In this document: positions 63,165 to 64,000 of the stretch, one piece after another
How the letters are laid out: each line of letters opens with the position of its first letter
Position numbering within the stretch: position 1 is the stretch's first letter
From: Phoronis australis
Lineage: Eukaryota > Animalia > Phoronida
Length of the DNA: 64,000 nucleotides
Direction of reading: 5' to 3'
NCBI GenBank assembly: GCA_002633005.1
Contig: NMRA01000080.1
Coordinates: forward strand, 215,291-279,290
The notes under the pieces: model-generated
Database searches by the model: none
What the model was told of the DNA's origin: nothing
Seen by the model: the letters and a program-made list of their open reading frames with translations, nothing else
Translations under genes and position numbers: made by a program

Positions 63165-64000
63165 AGATTCTACAACTTAGTTTGTCAGTTGTCACCGATG
63201 TCGTGTCCTATTAGGCTCCCAACATGGTCTCAAGCTACAACGAACTCATTTTTACTAACTGAGAACAGAAGCCACTTGTCATCTGTATTTAGAGCACGTT
63301 GAGATTGACAATTTCGTAGCTGTAAAGGTTAGTTTCTTAGACGTAACGTAAATTTATATGGCAGCCGTTTTAATCGCCGAGCACACAGCAAATGCCATGC
63401 TTGATTGGTTCACTAAATACGGTGAAAACAATGATTAAAAAACATGATTATCATATTTTTATGAACTCGAACCAGTTTTCCGAAATTAAACAAAGGAACA
63501 TTCTCGGAGACAAAAGTAATTTTACACAAATTAGCTGCAGCGCTACCTCGGCTGCCGAAACAAGTCCTACGAGTTAAATTGCAGAGTGTTTTAAGCATTA
63601 TTAAATGATGACACCGGTCTTGATTTCAACGAATGTGTGACGGACAACTGTGAGAATTGGCGATTTGTAATCACGAACAACAATCGATTTTCTTGTTTTA
63701 TCCTTCTAGTCTGTGCTAATGACTTCAACAAGTCATGTTAATTACTGTGGAATTGTTTGGCGTCTGTGTGATGTAATGCTTACATCCAAACTTGTACGAT
63801 TGCAGTCGGGCCCGTTCTAGGAAACTATCTTAAGTTCATGTTTGGCTTAACTGTAAGATTTGTCTCAAAGTCCAAACTTTGATACTTCCACATATGTTAA
63901 GTTAGTTTAACTTAAGACAACACTTTAGTAAAAAACTTAAGTCAAATTTTAGATCACCTTTTTAAAACGGACTTAAGACAAATTGAACTTTCATGTTAAA

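Overview
AT-rich, intron-rich eukaryotic DNA, most likely from an invertebrate animal (inferred from gene and repeat content; the species cannot be identified). There are two N gaps (11790-12229, 36942-36983). Four spliced protein-coding units were rebuilt by hand with consistent GT-AG sites and phases. (1) Minus-strand inhibitor of apoptosis (BIR-BIR-UBA-RING, about 396 aa, 4568-13440). (2) Head-to-head with it, a plus-strand short CNNM/DUF21-CBS metal-transporter gene (about 466 aa, 18642-30517) that lacks the Ig-like and cyclic-nucleotide-binding-homology domains of usual animal CNNMs. (3) The last five exons only (TM12 + NBD2) of a minus-strand ABCB1/P-glycoprotein-like gene (38473-43674); its terminal exon is duplicated across a gap. 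(4) A plus-strand gene for an unfamiliar protein with a CARD, a Cys-rich insert and a probable TRADD-N-like C-terminus (about 363 aa, 57985-60788). The rest is mostly TE debris: LINE 3' ends, a Gypsy LTR/PBS/gag remnant, tRNA-derived SINEs, Helentron-type HINEs carrying CTCF-like motifs, and many MITEs. The best leads are the CARD/TRADD-N-like adaptor, the orphan ABCB NBD half, and two candidate kappaB-containing divergent promoters. All domain calls come from visual motif recognition, not database searches.
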